From Pseudomonadota bacterium (GTDB lineage: Bacteria > Myxococcota_A > Polyangia > Fen-1088), in the NCBI GenBank assembly GCA_023438785.1, contig JAEXQJ010000307.1, positions 2,093-66,092 of the forward strand: a DNA stretch of 64,000 nucleotides. Direction: 5' to 3'. Shown piece by piece: positions 9,041 to 19,371 of this stretch. The notes below the pieces were generated by a model. The model searched no databases. It saw nothing but the letters and a program-made list of their open reading frames with translations, and was not told the DNA's origin. Made by a program: the position numbers and the translations under genes. The stretch's first letter is position 1. Every line of letters begins with the position of its first letter.

Positions 9041-10602
9041 TCGGTCACCGCGTGCGGGAATCCAAGCCTCTGTACCACCCGGAACTCGGTCGGGCTGCCC
9101 GGCACAAGGTCAATCACCGAAATGGAGTTGTCGGCGTAGTTCGCCACATAGGCCGTCTGGCCATCGGGTGAGAAGACCAAGGCGTTGGGACTTCGCCCTG
9201 TCTCGATGATGGCGGTCACCTCCAGCAGGGCGGGATCGATCACGTACATCTGCCCGCCTTCGAAGCAGGTGACATACAGCATGTTGCCGCGGCCGGCGTC
9301 ATGCATCTGCAAATCCGTGGGCCCCAGACAGACCTCCACGACCGCCACGGGCCGGTTGGCCGGCTGGCCGGTCTCGTCAGGGCGCCGGTCGAGGACGACC
9401 AGCGCCGCAGGGTCACTGGTGCCCTCATTGCGGTGCAGGACGTAGGCCTCTTGGCGGCAGCTGGTTGCCGAACCGGTGCACGTCGTTCCTTGCATGGCCG
9501 CAACAGCTCCCGGCGACAACACCAGGCCGCGCAGAGATGTGCCGGCGGGCTGGAATGCCGAGGAGAGGATCCGCTGGCCGGGCACCACAGACAGGTCCAC
9601 GTCGGGCAGATTGGTGCGCGGCGCCGCCAAATCGCATGTGCCCTGGCTCGCGTCGCGTAGCACGAGCTCTTCGATCTCCGACCCGCTTCGCTCTATGGCA
9701 AAGAGAGGCGCGTTGGGTCCCGTGCCGTTGAGGCTGAGGTCGGTCACCGACTGTGAAGCGGCGCCGGGGAAGACCGTGCGAGAGACATTGCGGAAACGAG
9801 GCGAGCTCGCCACGTCGGGGCCACCGCACACATCGATGCTGGAAACACCGCCCCCGACGATCTGCCCGTTCACCGCTTGGGCCAGATGCCCCACGAACAG
9901 GATGCCGAGTTCTTCGTTGAGGGCGAGCGTATGCGGTTCCTCCGGCAGCACGTTGGCGTACACCTCCGAATTGGAGGGGCGCCGAATGCGCCAGTTGTCG
10001 TCACACGACGCATTCATTGGGGCGGTTCCTGTGTCGCTGCCGCGCTCTCCCGTACAGCGTATGCGCGGACCGCTATCGTCGACGGTCACGTCGGCGAATG
10101 TGATTGAGGGCTCGGCGCGCACCGTTAGGTACAGGCGCCTCCTGGTCGCGAGTTCCGGGTCTCGCTGCAACACCATCGCTCCACCAAAGCTGCCGATCTT
10201 CACGGTGGTGTCAGCCTTGACGTAGCCCCGATCGTTGCAGTTGAGGACGCGATCGTCGACCATGTCTCGACAGCAGAAGCGGTCGGCCACCTCCTCGTCT
10301 CCGGTGAAGCGGGTCCGGGTGCAGGTTGCCCAGGCCGCTGCCGCGGGATCGCTGCGGTCCTCGACCGCCTTCCGGAGATCCACGGCCGTGAGCGTCCCCG
10401 CGTTGTAGCGGAGGTCGCCGTTGGCGTTGACCACGTAGAGCCAGTCCCCGTTCGGATCGACCGCCAGCCCGGCCGGAAGCAAGATTTCGTCGAGTGGCGG
10501 GGCGATCCCGTCCTGCCCCACCCCGCACCCGGCGACGGAAGACAGCACGCCCACCACAGAGAACAGTCGAAACGTCAAACGGGCAGTCATGCAGGATCTC
10601 AT
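9037..10602 (-). CDS. Lipoprotein (521 aa) with YVTN-type beta-propeller repeats
   Basis: Lipobox (VLSSVAGCG). Motifs include LAVDPNGDWLYVVNANGD and SPDGQTAYVANYADNSISVIDL. It is translationally coupled to the 1109-aa lipoprotein. Confidence 0.7.
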   Translation of the reverse strand: MRSCMTARLTFRLFSVVGVLSSVAGCGVGQDGIAPPLDEILLPAGLAVDPNGDWLYVVNANGDLRYNAGTLTAVDLRKAVEDRSDPAAAAWATCTRTRFTGDEEVADRFCCRDMVDDRVLNCNDRGYVKADTTVKIGSFGGAMVLQRDPELATRRRLYLTVRAEPSITFADVTVDDSGPRIRCTGERGSDTGTAPMNASCDDNWRIRRPSNSEVYANVLPEEPHTLALNEELGILFVGHLAQAVNGQIVGGGVSSIDVCGGPDVASSPRFRNVSRTVFPGAASQSVTDLSLNGTGPNAPLFAIERSGSEIEELVLRDASQGTCDLAAPRTNLPDVDLSVVPGQRILSSAFQPAGTSLRGLVLSPGAVAAMQGTTCTGSATSCRQEAYVLHRNEGTSDPAALVVLDRRPDETGQPANRPVAVVEVCLGPTDLQMHDAGRGNMLYVTCFEGGQMYVIDPALLEVTAIIETGRSPNALVFSPDGQTAYVANYADNSISVIDLVPGSPTEFRVVQRLGFPHAVTE

Positions 10603-10672
10603 CGGGTCGGACCGCCCGCCGGGAATTCTGAGTTGCCGGACCGTGCTGCTCTCTGTGGCGCGTGTTCGAACA

Positions 10673-13591
10673 CTACTTCTTCACGACCGCCTGGGCCGCG
10701 GCCAGCCGCGCGATGGGCAGCCGGTACGGCGAGCAGGACACGTAGTTCAGACCCAGTTCGTCGCACAGCATGACGGAATTTGGATCACCGCCGTGCTCAC
10801 CGCAAATGCCGATCTTGATCTTCTCGCGCGTCTTGCGGCCGCCTTCGACCGCCACGCGCATGAGCTTGCCCACGCCGTCTCGATCCAGGCTGACGAAAGG
10901 ATCGACATCGTAGATGTCCTTGGCGACGTAGTCGGCCAGCACCTTGGGGACGTCATCGCGGGACAGGCCGAAGGTCGTCTGCGTGAGGTCGTTGGTGCCG
11001 AAGGAGAAGAACTCCGCGGTCTCGGCGATGTTGTCCGCGTTGAGCGCGGCGCGCGGCACTTCAATCATGGTGCCCACCAGGTACTTCAGCTTGCGGCCCC
11101 GCTCCTGGAAGACCTCCTCGGCCACGCGGCGAACGATGCTCGCCTGGTGATCGAGCTCCTTCTTGCTGCCCACCAGCGGGATCATGATCTCGGGCTCGAT
11201 CACGGTTCCCTCGGCAGCCACGTCGCACGCCGCCTCGAAGATGGCGCGCGCCTGCATCTCGGTGATCTCGGGGTACGAGATGCCGAGGCGGCAGCCGCGG
11301 TGTCCGAGCATGGGGTTGGACTCCTTCAGCTCGTCGATGCGAGCCTCGATGGCTTCGACGCTCTTGCCGCTGGCTTGCGCCAGCTCCCGAATGCCCGCCT
11401 CATCGTGCGGCAGGAACTCGTGCAGCGGGGGATCGAGCGTGCGGATGGTCACCGGGCGCTTGCCCATGGCGCGGAAGATGCCCGCGAAGTCCTCGCGCTG
11501 CACCGGCAGCAGCTTCTCCAGGGCCTTGCGGCGCGTGGCCTCGTCCTCGGCGACGATCATCTCGCGCATGGGGCCGATCTTGCCCTCGCCGAAGAACATG
11601 TGCTCCGTGCGGCACAACCCGATGCCCTCGGCGCCGAAGGCGACCGCGGCCCCGGCCTGATCGGGCTGATCCGCGTTGGCGCGCACGCGCAGGCGTCGAG
11701 CCGCGTCCGCCCAGCTCATCAGCTTGGCGTAGTTCTGATACACGGGCGCGCTCTTTCCATCGAGGTTCTTCTCGATGAGCACGCGGATGACCTCGGAAGG
11801 CGTCGTGTCGACGCGTCCGTTGAGCACCTCGCCGGTGAAGCCGTCGATGGAGATCCAGTCACCTTCCTTGATGACCAGAAGCCCGTTGGCCGAGTTCACG
11901 CTCATCGTGCGCTCGTGATAGTCGAAGCTGATCGCCTCGCAGCCCACGATGCACACCTTGCCCATCTGACGGGCGACGAGCGCGGCGTGCGAGGTCATTC
12001 CACCAAAGGCCGTCAGGAAGCCTTCGGAAGCGTTCATGCCGCGGATATCCTCGGGAGAGGTCTCGTGACGACACAGGATCGTCTTCTCGCCACGCGCGGC
12101 CCAGGCCTCGGCGTCGTCAGCGAAGAAAACCACGCGGCCGGTTGCGGCACCGGGCCCCGCCGGCAGTCCCTTGGCGAGCAGGCGCGCGTCCTTGATGGCC
12201 GCTGCCTTGGCGGCCGGCTCGAACACCGGACGCAGCAACTGATTGAGCGCCTCGGGCTCCACGCGGCGCAGCGCCTCGTTCTTGTCGATGAGCCTTTCGT
12301 CGACCATCTCGACGGCGATGCGGACGCTGGCGAAGCCGGTGCGCTTGCCGTTGCGGCACTGAAGCATGAAGAGCTTCGAGTTCTCGATGGTGAACTCGAT
12401 GTCCTGCATGTCCTTGTAGTGCTTCTCCAGCTTCTTGCGGATGTCGAGGAGCTGCTTGTAGGCCTTGGGGAAGCTCTTCTCCAACTCGACGATCTTCTGC
12501 GGCGTACGAATGCCGGCGACCACGTCCTCGCCCTGGGCGTTGACGAGGAACTCGCCGTAGAATTCGTTCTCACCGCTGGCCGGGTTGCGCGTGAAGCACA
12601 CGCCGGTGGCCGAGTCCTCTCCCTTGTTGCCGAAGACCATGGCCTGCACGTTGACGGCCGTGCCCCACGAGGCGGGAATGCCGTTCAGCTTGCGGTACGC
12701 GTTGGCGCGGTCGTTCTCCCAGGAGCTGAACACAGCCATGATGGCGCCGCGTAGCTGATCCAGGGGATTGGTCGGGAAATCCACGCCCTTGCGGCGCTTG
12801 ATCTCGGCCTTGAACTCCTCGACCAACTCCTTGAGAGCGGAGGCTGGAAGCTCAGCGTCGATCTGCACGCCGACCTCCTTCTTCTTGGCCGAGAGGATCA
12901 CCTCGAAGGGATCGTGGTCTTCCTTGCGCTCGGGCTTCATGCCCAGCACCACGTCGCCGTACATAGCCACGAAACGGCGATAGCTGTCGTAAGCAAAACG
13001 CTCGTTGCCGGACACCTGGGCTAGGCCCGCGGCCGTCTCGTCGTTGAGGCCAAGATTGAGGATGGTGTCCATCATGCCCGGCATGGACGCGCGCGCGCCC
13101 GAACGGACCGAGACCAGAAGCGGGTTTTGTGGATCGCCGAACTTGGCGCCCAGGAGCGACTCCATCTTGGCCACGGAGGCCTTGACCTCGTCCTCCAAGC
13201 CCTTGGGGAGCTTGCGGCCGTTGGCGTAGAACTCGGTGCACACCTCGGTCGTGATGGTGAAGCCGGGCGGGACGGGCGCGCCGATGTTCGTCATCTCGGC
13301 CAGGTTCGCGCCCTTGCCGCCGAGCAGGTTCTTCATGTCCTTGTTGCCCTCGGCCTTGCCACCGCCGAAGAAGTAGATGCGCTTCAGGCGCTTTTCGGCG
13401 ACGGGCTTGGCCGGCTTGGCGGCCTTGGGAGTCTTGGCGGCCTTGGGAGCCTTTGCAGCCTTGGGAGCCTTCGCAGCCTTGGGAGCCTTCGCAGCCTTGG
13501 GAGCCTTTGCAGCCTTGGCGGCCTTCGCGGCCTTCACAGGCTTGGCACTGGCCTTCTTCTTTTTGGGAGTGGGGGCTGTTTTCTTTTTCAT
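10673..13591 (-). CDS. ppdK: Pyruvate, phosphate dikinase with a ~70-aa N-terminal Lys/Ala/Pro-repeat (histone H1/AlgP-like) extension
   Basis: The body is canonical PPDK: [15 protein letters not shown], the catalytic [15 protein letters not shown], and a PEP-utilizing C-terminal domain. The start was re-set to ATG 13591 ([13 protein letters not shown]), in frame with the (KAAKAP)n repeat. The track ORF extends another 59 codons upstream. Confidence 0.88.
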   Translation of the reverse strand: MKKKTAPTPKKKKASAKPVKAAKAAKAAKAPKAAKAPKAAKAPKAAKAPKAAKTPKAAKPAKPVAEKRLKRIYFFGGGKAEGNKDMKNLLGGKGANLAEMTNIGAPVPPGFTITTEVCTEFYANGRKLPKGLEDEVKASVAKMESLLGAKFGDPQNPLLVSVRSGARASMPGMMDTILNLGLNDETAAGLAQVSGNERFAYDSYRRFVAMYGDVVLGMKPERKEDHDPFEVILSAKKKEVGVQIDAELPASALKELVEEFKAEIKRRKGVDFPTNPLDQLRGAIMAVFSSWENDRANAYRKLNGIPASWGTAVNVQAMVFGNKGEDSATGVCFTRNPASGENEFYGEFLVNAQGEDVVAGIRTPQKIVELEKSFPKAYKQLLDIRKKLEKHYKDMQDIEFTIENSKLFMLQCRNGKRTGFASVRIAVEMVDERLIDKNEALRRVEPEALNQLLRPVFEPAAKAAAIKDARLLAKGLPAGPGAATGRVVFFADDAEAWAARGEKTILCRHETSPEDIRGMNASEGFLTAFGGMTSHAALVARQMGKVCIVGCEAISFDYHERTMSVNSANGLLVIKEGDWISIDGFTGEVLNGRVDTTPSEVIRVLIEKNLDGKSAPVYQNYAKLMSWADAARRLRVRANADQPDQAGAAVAFGAEGIGLCRTEHMFFGEGKIGPMREMIVAEDEATRRKALEKLLPVQREDFAGIFRAMGKRPVTIRTLDPPLHEFLPHDEAGIRELAQASGKSVEAIEARIDELKESNPMLGHRGCRLGISYPEITEMQARAIFEAACDVAAEGTVIEPEIMIPLVGSKKELDHQASIVRRVAEEVFQERGRKLKYLVGTMIEVPRAALNADNIAETAEFFSFGTNDLTQTTFGLSRDDVPKVLADYVAKDIYDVDPFVSLDRDGVGKLMRVAVEGGRKTREKIKIGICGEHGGDPNSVMLCDELGLNYVSCSPYRLPIARLAAAQAVVKK
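13423..13530. repeat. 18-bp tandem repeat (ccttgggagccttYgcag, about 5 copies) encoding (KAAKAP)n in the ppdK N-terminus
   Basis: Perfect and near-perfect 18-nt units are directly visible at 13441-13520. The period is a multiple of 3 and in frame with ppdK. Confidence 0.8.
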
Positions 13592-13841
13592 GGCTTTTTT
13601 CGGGGGTTGCGGGTGAAGGGAATCGGCGCAGTTTCTACCAGGGTGCGGCGAGGATGAAAAGCCCCGCGTCAGAGTGTGGCCCGTCGGAACCGCGAGGGAA
13701 AGCGCGCAGACGATCGCCGGACTCTCCGTCGCGGTTGGGTCATGAGCCCTTCGTTGCTCGTCGGTCAAAGACGTCGGGTCGTCTCCCTCCGCGCGCCTCG
13801 GGCGGCTGGCCTCTCCGCGTCTTCGCTCGGCGTTCAGCGCT

Positions 13842-15473
13842 CTAGCGACTCTTTCCGGAGAGGACGGAGGGCAACTCGCCGGCCTTGGCCCGCTCCTGTT
13901 GCATGCTGTCGCGGTCGCGCACGGTGACCGTCTGATCCTCCAAGCTCTGGAAGTCCACGGTTACGCACCAGGGCGTTCCAACCTCGTCCTGGCGGCGATA
14001 CAGCTTGCCGATGGCGCCGGTGTCGTCGTAGACGGCGCGCAAGCCGGCGGCCTGCAGATCACGCTTGATGCCCCGGGCGAGCTCCACCAGTCGGGGCTCG
14101 TTGCGCTTGAGCGGGAAGACGGCCACCGTGAGCGGAGCCAGACGCGGGTGGAGATGCAGAACCGTCCGGGTGTTCTCCTCGGCTAGTTTCTCCCCTACCC
14201 CGCGCACTTTCTTCATGACCTCGATCTTGCCGGCCTCCGTGTCCTCCATGAGGCCGATGAGGCGCGGCAGGGTGCCGGGCAAGCCGGCGGCGATGGCCTC
14301 GGCTTCTCCCACCAGGCGCGCCTTGACGTCCTTGTCCATGCCCTCGCGACGCCCCACCGACTTGGCGAAGCTTTCGACCAACTCGCGCAGCTTGGTGGTG
14401 TCCTCCGGGGACGGCTCCTTGACCAGGGCGTCCTCGTAGGCGTCGCACAGGAACGCCAGCGTGGCCCGGTCGGCACCCGCGGAGGGCTCGATGACGTAGG
14501 GCACGTAGTGCTTCTTCTGCTCGGGATCGAAGTAGCGAAGCTCGCCCACCGCATCGGGGTTCTCCGCGCTGCGGCTGTGCGCCTTGAGATCGAAGTCCGT
14601 GCGATTGGCAATGCCCTCCAACTCGCTCCAGCCCATGGGGAACCTGTACTCCAGGTCCACGCAGCGCTTGGCGTAGTGGGCCAGCTCCTCCTTGGCCTGC
14701 TCGCGCACGCGGAGGTTTTCGGGCCGCAGGCCCAGGTCGCGGTACCACTTCTGGCGTTCCGCAATCCACATCTCGTGGGCCGCCTCGTCCTCGCCCGGCC
14801 GCACGAAGTACTCGATCTCCATCTGCTCGAACTCGCGCGTGCGGAACGTGAAGTTGCCGGGCGTGATTTCGTTGCGGAAGGCCTTGCCGACCTGGGCGAT
14901 GCCGAAGGGCAGCTTGCGCCTCATGGTGTCGAGCACGTTGCCGAAATTGACGAAGATGCCCTGGGCCGTCTCGGGGCGCATGTAGACCAGCGCCGACTCA
15001 TCGCCGGTGTCCACCGGACCGACGGTGGTGCGGAACATCAGGTTGAACGGGCGCGCCTCGGTCAGGTCCTTCGAGCCGCACTTGGGGCAGGCCAGCTCCT
15101 TGGCCGCGATGGCCGCGTTGATCTCGGCAAGGCCCTTGGGATCGCGTCCCTTCTGGGCGGCGAACACGTGATCGGCTCGCGGCCGCGCCTTGCAGGCCCG
15201 GCAGTCCGTCATGGGATCGGCGAAGGTGGCCTCGTGCCCCGAGTACTTCCACACGAGGCGATTCATCAGGATGGCTGCATCCAGCCCCTCCATGTCGTCC
15301 CGTTCGTACACCACAGACCGCCACCAGGCGCGCTTCACGTTGTTCTTCAGCTCGACGCCCAGGGGACCGTAGTCCCAGGTGCTCCCCAGACCGCCGTAGA
15401 CCGAAGAGGAAGGAAAGACGAACCCGCGCCGTTTGGCGAGGCTGACGATGGTTTCGAGAGATGACGCTGGCAT
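13842..15473 (-). CDS. glyQS: Glycine--tRNA ligase, homodimeric alpha2 (archaeal/eukaryote-like) type
   Basis: Class II motifs ([23 protein letters not shown]; [10 protein letters not shown]) and an anticodon-binding C-terminus. The start was re-set to [10 protein letters not shown] at 15473. Confidence 0.9.
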   Translation of the reverse strand: MPASSLETIVSLAKRRGFVFPSSSVYGGLGSTWDYGPLGVELKNNVKRAWWRSVVYERDDMEGLDAAILMNRLVWKYSGHEATFADPMTDCRACKARPRADHVFAAQKGRDPKGLAEINAAIAAKELACPKCGSKDLTEARPFNLMFRTTVGPVDTGDESALVYMRPETAQGIFVNFGNVLDTMRRKLPFGIAQVGKAFRNEITPGNFTFRTREFEQMEIEYFVRPGEDEAAHEMWIAERQKWYRDLGLRPENLRVREQAKEELAHYAKRCVDLEYRFPMGWSELEGIANRTDFDLKAHSRSAENPDAVGELRYFDPEQKKHYVPYVIEPSAGADRATLAFLCDAYEDALVKEPSPEDTTKLRELVESFAKSVGRREGMDKDVKARLVGEAEAIAAGLPGTLPRLIGLMEDTEAGKIEVMKKVRGVGEKLAEENTRTVLHLHPRLAPLTVAVFPLKRNEPRLVELARGIKRDLQAAGLRAVYDDTGAIGKLYRRQDEVGTPWCVTVDFQSLEDQTVTVRDRDSMQQERAKAGELPSVLSGKSR

Positions 15474-15514
15474 GGGCCCGCAATCTACTCGAATTCCCAT
15501 GCAAGTCGATTCTG

Positions 15515-16273
15515 CTAAACGCGCCCGCCCATTTTCTCGATGAAGACAAGAGAGCGCAGCGGGGCGTCGGCGTGGTCGCGTACCAGCTCCAGCAGGGCGC
15601 GACGACAACCCGCGCCGGTGTCGCGGTCGAGGACGAGCTCATCAGCCTCGGACAGCGACATGCGCCCCAGGCTGAGCAGGGCCCGGCGAACCGGGGCGGT
15701 GAGCAGGTCACCGCGTGGGGCACAACCGGAGCAAACCGCGCCGCCGCGCGTGGGGTGCCAACGCATGGTCTGATCGGTCAAGTCCTCGCGGCCGCAGACC
15801 GCGCATCGATCGAGGGTCGGGCCGTATCCCAGCTTGGCCAGCAGGCCGAGCTCGAAGACGCGCAGCCGTTCGGCCGTGGCCCGGCCCGCTTCCAGTCGGT
15901 CCAGGAACTCCGCCAGCCAGTCGAACACGGCCGGCTCAGGATGTCGCGCGGGCAGCAGCCGCTCGCACAGTTCGAGGGCGTACGCCGCGTGAGCCGTCTT
16001 GCCGAGGTCGGCCGCCAGGCCCAGACGAGCCTGTGTGACGTCCAGGCCTTCGAGAATCAGAAGCTCGCTCCCCGCTCGCTCGCGCAGCAAGGCCTGTCCC
16101 GACGCGCCCATGCCCAGCCCGCCGGAGAATCGCCTGGCGCTCTTGCGCGCACCGCGGGCCAGCGCCGCGACCTTGCCCGTGCTGCGGCCCAATAGCGTGA
16201 CCACGCGATCGGATTCGCCATAGGCGACCGTCCGTAAGACGATGGCCCACGCAGTCGAACTGGTACGCACCAC
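15515..16273 (-). CDS. recO: DNA repair protein RecO
   Basis: [36 protein letters not shown] is the RecO N-terminal OB fold. The C-terminus has a CxxC...CxxC zinc motif (CAVCGRE...CSGC). GTG start. Confidence 0.85.
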   Translation of the reverse strand: MVRTSSTAWAIVLRTVAYGESDRVVTLLGRSTGKVAALARGARKSARRFSGGLGMGASGQALLRERAGSELLILEGLDVTQARLGLAADLGKTAHAAYALELCERLLPARHPEPAVFDWLAEFLDRLEAGRATAERLRVFELGLLAKLGYGPTLDRCAVCGREDLTDQTMRWHPTRGGAVCSGCAPRGDLLTAPVRRALLSLGRMSLSEADELVLDRDTGAGCRRALLELVRDHADAPLRSLVFIEKMGGRV

Positions 16274-16326
16274 CGCAGGTTAGCAGGAGAGCCGAAGTCT
16301 GCCGTCCTGCGGGGAAACGCCTGCCC

Positions 16327-16836
16327 TCAAACCGGGGCTGCGCGCCCCTGTTCTGCTGCCGCCTCGACGGGGGCGACTAGGCTCAGGCCCTCGCCCGACT
16401 GGGGCTGCTGACGCAGGAACAACGAGAGAGTGATGGTCGCGATGAGCAGCACGATGATGACGAAGACGGCCAGACCAATACCTCGCCGGGGCACCTGGCC
16501 CTCGTCGTCACAGAGCGGCTCCGGCGGGGTGGGCATCGGCGCGGGGCGAGACTGAAGAGCGAGGACCGGAATGACGGGCTGGTCCGCTCGCCGCTTTTCG
16601 TTCAGCGCATCGTCGAACAGAGTCAGCGGCTCGCTGTGCGGAATGCCCACGGCCTGGGCATAAGAACGAATGAACCCCCGGACGAACACCTCCGGGGGCA
16701 AATCGTCGAGTCTTCCCGCTTCGAGGAGCTGCAGCGAGCTGGCCGAGACTTTCGTGCGTCGCGCGAGTTCTGAGAGCGAGATCTGACGCCGCTCTCGCGC
16801 CGCCCTCAGGATCGTGCCGAAGTTCTCTGTTTCCAT
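16327..16836 (-). CDS. RodZ-like HTH (XRE-type) membrane protein
   Basis: N-terminal HTH (LRAARERRQISLSELARRTKV) followed by a single TM segment (IGLAVFVIIVLLIATITLSLFL). This is the RodZ N-terminal architecture. Confidence 0.7.
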   Translation of the reverse strand: METENFGTILRAARERRQISLSELARRTKVSASSLQLLEAGRLDDLPPEVFVRGFIRSYAQAVGIPHSEPLTLFDDALNEKRRADQPVIPVLALQSRPAPMPTPPEPLCDDEGQVPRRGIGLAVFVIIVLLIATITLSLFLRQQPQSGEGLSLVAPVEAAAEQGRAAPV

Positions 16837-16852
16837 GAGCCGAAGACCTCGT

Positions 16853-17689
16853 CTATCGAATCAATTGCGCGTACTGCCTGCACTCATCAGCGACGCAGCT
16901 TCGTGGCGCCATATCAGCGCAGCGCTGGAAAAGCTCCTGGGCCTTCTCTCGGGCGTTGGTCCGTTCGGAGACCAGCCCTCCCAGCAGGTACGCCTCCTGG
17001 ATGGGGCAACGCTTGCTGTCCGCGAAGAGCGGCTCGAGGATCTCCGCCGCCTGCCGAACGTCGCCTCGGTCCACGTAGACCTTGGCCAGACGGTACCGGC
17101 CCACGCAGAAGCCGGGGTTGCGGCTGAGCGCCTCGTGCAGTTCCTTCCAGGCGTTCTGGAGGTCTCTCTTCTGGTAATAGGCCCACCCCAAGTTCCCGCG
17201 CGCCAACTCCGGCGTGGCGTAAGAGGGATCCTTGAGCGCGTTCCTCGCGGCGTCGATGGCCGCTTCCCAGGCTTGCTCCTGCAGGAGGCTCACGGAGAGG
17301 TTGTTCCACGCCTCTGGGAATTCCGGCCGCAGGGTGACGGCCTTGCGAAACTCCTGCTCCGCCTGACGGAATTTGGCCAAGGCATCCGCTCGCACCATCT
17401 CGGCGTCCGTTCCCTTCAGACAAGAACTGGTCTCCAGCTGCATCAGATAGTCATGCCCCTGTTTGAGCGCGATGATCCCGAGCATGTTGTAGCTGTCAGC
17501 ATTGTCGGGGTCGGCCTGGATGGCTTTCTGGAGTTCCTCAATGGCAGCTTCCACCCGTTGGTCGCGGAAATACCCGGCGGCAAGCTGGAACCTGATTTGG
17601 GCTTGGTCGGGGTCTCGCTTCGGACGTGAAGCGCATCCCACAGGGAGCGCCACGAGCGCGGCCGCGACAAAAAGGTGAATACCTCGCAA
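16853..17689 (-). CDS. TPR-repeat lipoprotein (PilF/PilW/Tgl-like)
   Basis: Lipobox (ALPVGCAS) and at least 5 TPR units. TTG start. It lies immediately upstream of the RodZ-like gene, as in the pilF-rodZ synteny. Confidence 0.75.
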   Translation of the reverse strand: MRGIHLFVAAALVALPVGCASRPKRDPDQAQIRFQLAAGYFRDQRVEAAIEELQKAIQADPDNADSYNMLGIIALKQGHDYLMQLETSSCLKGTDAEMVRADALAKFRQAEQEFRKAVTLRPEFPEAWNNLSVSLLQEQAWEAAIDAARNALKDPSYATPELARGNLGWAYYQKRDLQNAWKELHEALSRNPGFCVGRYRLAKVYVDRGDVRQAAEILEPLFADSKRCPIQEAYLLGGLVSERTNAREKAQELFQRCADMAPRSCVADECRQYAQLIR

Positions 17690-17841
17690 GTTGACCGTGT
17701 GTGCTTCGTCTTTCCTAAGATTCTCGCCTATTTACGCCACCGTTATGCGGCCGGACGCTAACAGGGCGTGAAGTTCACTGTCAATGTGAAAGTACTGGGA
17801 AGTATTACGAAGCTCAACGGACATGGATGCGAAGCGGGGCT

Positions 17842-18477
17842 TCAAACGCCCTGCGCATCCGGGCCCCAAATCCACTTGTGCAGCTGGACGTTGACACGAA
17901 CCGGGAGTCGGTCCCGCAAGATCCACGCCACCAGCTCGCGGGCATCCAGGGCTCCTGCCACGGGCGAGAAGAGCAATTCCGCTCGTCCGGCTAGGGCGCG
18001 CTTGCGGATCTGGTCGGCTGCCCACTGGTAGTCCACCTCGTCGCACAGGACGAACTTGATGGCGTCGCACGGCCGCAAGTCGGATACGGTTTCCCAGCAC
18101 ATGCGGTTGGATTCGCCCGAGCCCGGGGTCTTGACGTCGACCACGCGCACCACGGCGGGCGGGATCCCTCCCAGCGGGTGGGCGCCCGAGGTCTCGAGCA
18201 TCACGCGGAATCCGGCTGCCAGGAGCTGCTCCGCGAGCAGAGTGATTTCGGGCTGCAGCAGAGGCTCGCCCCCGGTCAGCAGAACCAGGGGCACGGCAAG
18301 CCGCTGCACCTCGGCCACGATCTCGTCCACGGACAGTTCCCGGCCCCCGTGGAAGGCGTGCACCGAGTCGCAATACCTGCAACGCAGGTCGCAGCCCGTG
18401 GTCCGCACCAACGTACAAGGCAAGCCCGCGTACTGCGTTTCGCCCTGGATGCTGGCGTAGATCTCCGTGATGCGCAT
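17842..18477 (-). CDS. queE: 7-carboxy-7-deazaguanine synthase (radical SAM)
   Basis: CTLVRTTGCDLRCRYCDS is the CxxxCxxC-type cluster motif. Length of 211 aa is typical of QueE. Confidence 0.88.
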   Translation of the reverse strand: MRITEIYASIQGETQYAGLPCTLVRTTGCDLRCRYCDSVHAFHGGRELSVDEIVAEVQRLAVPLVLLTGGEPLLQPEITLLAEQLLAAGFRVMLETSGAHPLGGIPPAVVRVVDVKTPGSGESNRMCWETVSDLRPCDAIKFVLCDEVDYQWAADQIRKRALAGRAELLFSPVAGALDARELVAWILRDRLPVRVNVQLHKWIWGPDAQGV

Positions 18478-18519
18478 GCTCGTGCGCGACTATGGTCCGC
18501 GTGGCCGTGACAGTCCATA

Positions 18520-19371
18520 GTGGCGCGGCCCATGTTCGCCTCTGCGCCGGCTCCCTCTGCCGTCCGGGTCCTCGCCTCGGGCGACGTGTCTCTGCACGTC
18601 GAGCATTTCGAGGCCGTGGGCGCACCCCGGCTCTCGGTGGTCATGGTGCATGGCTTGGGGCTGCACTGCGGTCTGTACCGCCACGTGGCAACCGCCCTAG
18701 CCGAGCGCGGAGTGGCTGTCACCCAGTTCGACTGTCGCGGTCACGGCCGCTCGGGCGGACCAAGAGGGCACGTCGACGCCTTTGCCGATTACCTGACCGA
18801 TCTGCATCGTGTCGTCGAGCTCGCCCAAGAGCGTTTCCCTGGATTGCGCCTGGCGCTCATCGGCCACAGCCTGGGCGGCCTGATGGTGCTGTCGCACGCT
18901 CTCTTGGCCCGCCCCGCAGGCCTCCCCGCGCGCCTCGTGGTCGCGGCACCATGGTTGAAGTTGAACGTGAGTGTTTCCAGGCCAAGACCCGATGCCACCG
19001 AGGCTTTTCGCCGGTTGCGCCCTACCCTCGCCATGGACAGTCTCGTCAGGGTGGAAGACCTGTCGCGCGATCCCGAGGTGGTGGCCGCGCTGGCCTCTGA
19101 CCCCTTGGTCCACCATGTCGTGACCGCCCGGTGCTTCACCTGCGTGCTCGAACAGCAGGCCGAGTTGGCCGCCCGCCTGCCCATTCCGGGCCTCTTCCTG
19201 ATCGCGGGACAGGACCGGATTGTGTCCTGCGAGGCCGCCGTGACGTTCGCCCGCGACGCGGGTTGCGTGCCGCTCGTCTATCCGTCCGCCCGTCACGGCA
19301 TGTTCTTCGAGCCCGAATGGCAAAACATGGTGCGCGACATGGCCGACTGGTTGTTGCAGTCGGCCTTCTAG
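18520..19371 (+). CDS. Alpha/beta-hydrolase (lysophospholipase/monoacylglycerol-lipase-like)
   Basis: HGLGLH oxyanion region, GHSLGG nucleophile elbow, and C-terminal Asp/His. Confidence 0.8.
   Translation: MARPMFASAPAPSAVRVLASGDVSLHVEHFEAVGAPRLSVVMVHGLGLHCGLYRHVATALAERGVAVTQFDCRGHGRSGGPRGHVDAFADYLTDLHRVVELAQERFPGLRLALIGHSLGGLMVLSHALLARPAGLPARLVVAAPWLKLNVSVSRPRPDATEAFRRLRPTLAMDSLVRVEDLSRDPEVVAALASDPLVHHVVTARCFTCVLEQQAELAARLPIPGLFLIAGQDRIVSCEAAVTFARDAGCVPLVYPSARHGMFFEPEWQNMVRDMADWLLQSAF

Noticed and set aside
10589-12754. 721-aa plus-strand ORF
   Set aside because: Entirely antisense to the well-supported ppdK. It has no recognisable domains.
13377-13657. Plus-strand ORFs reading [12 protein letters not shown]... 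and the 18-bp repeat as a possible non-coding repeat element
   Set aside because: The repeat is in frame with ppdK and encodes a Lys-rich peptide on the minus strand. The plus-strand reading is just the antisense image.
17732-18625. 297-aa minus-strand ORF spanning queE
   Set aside because: It is an alternative frame over queE and its upstream region. Arg/Pro-rich low complexity.
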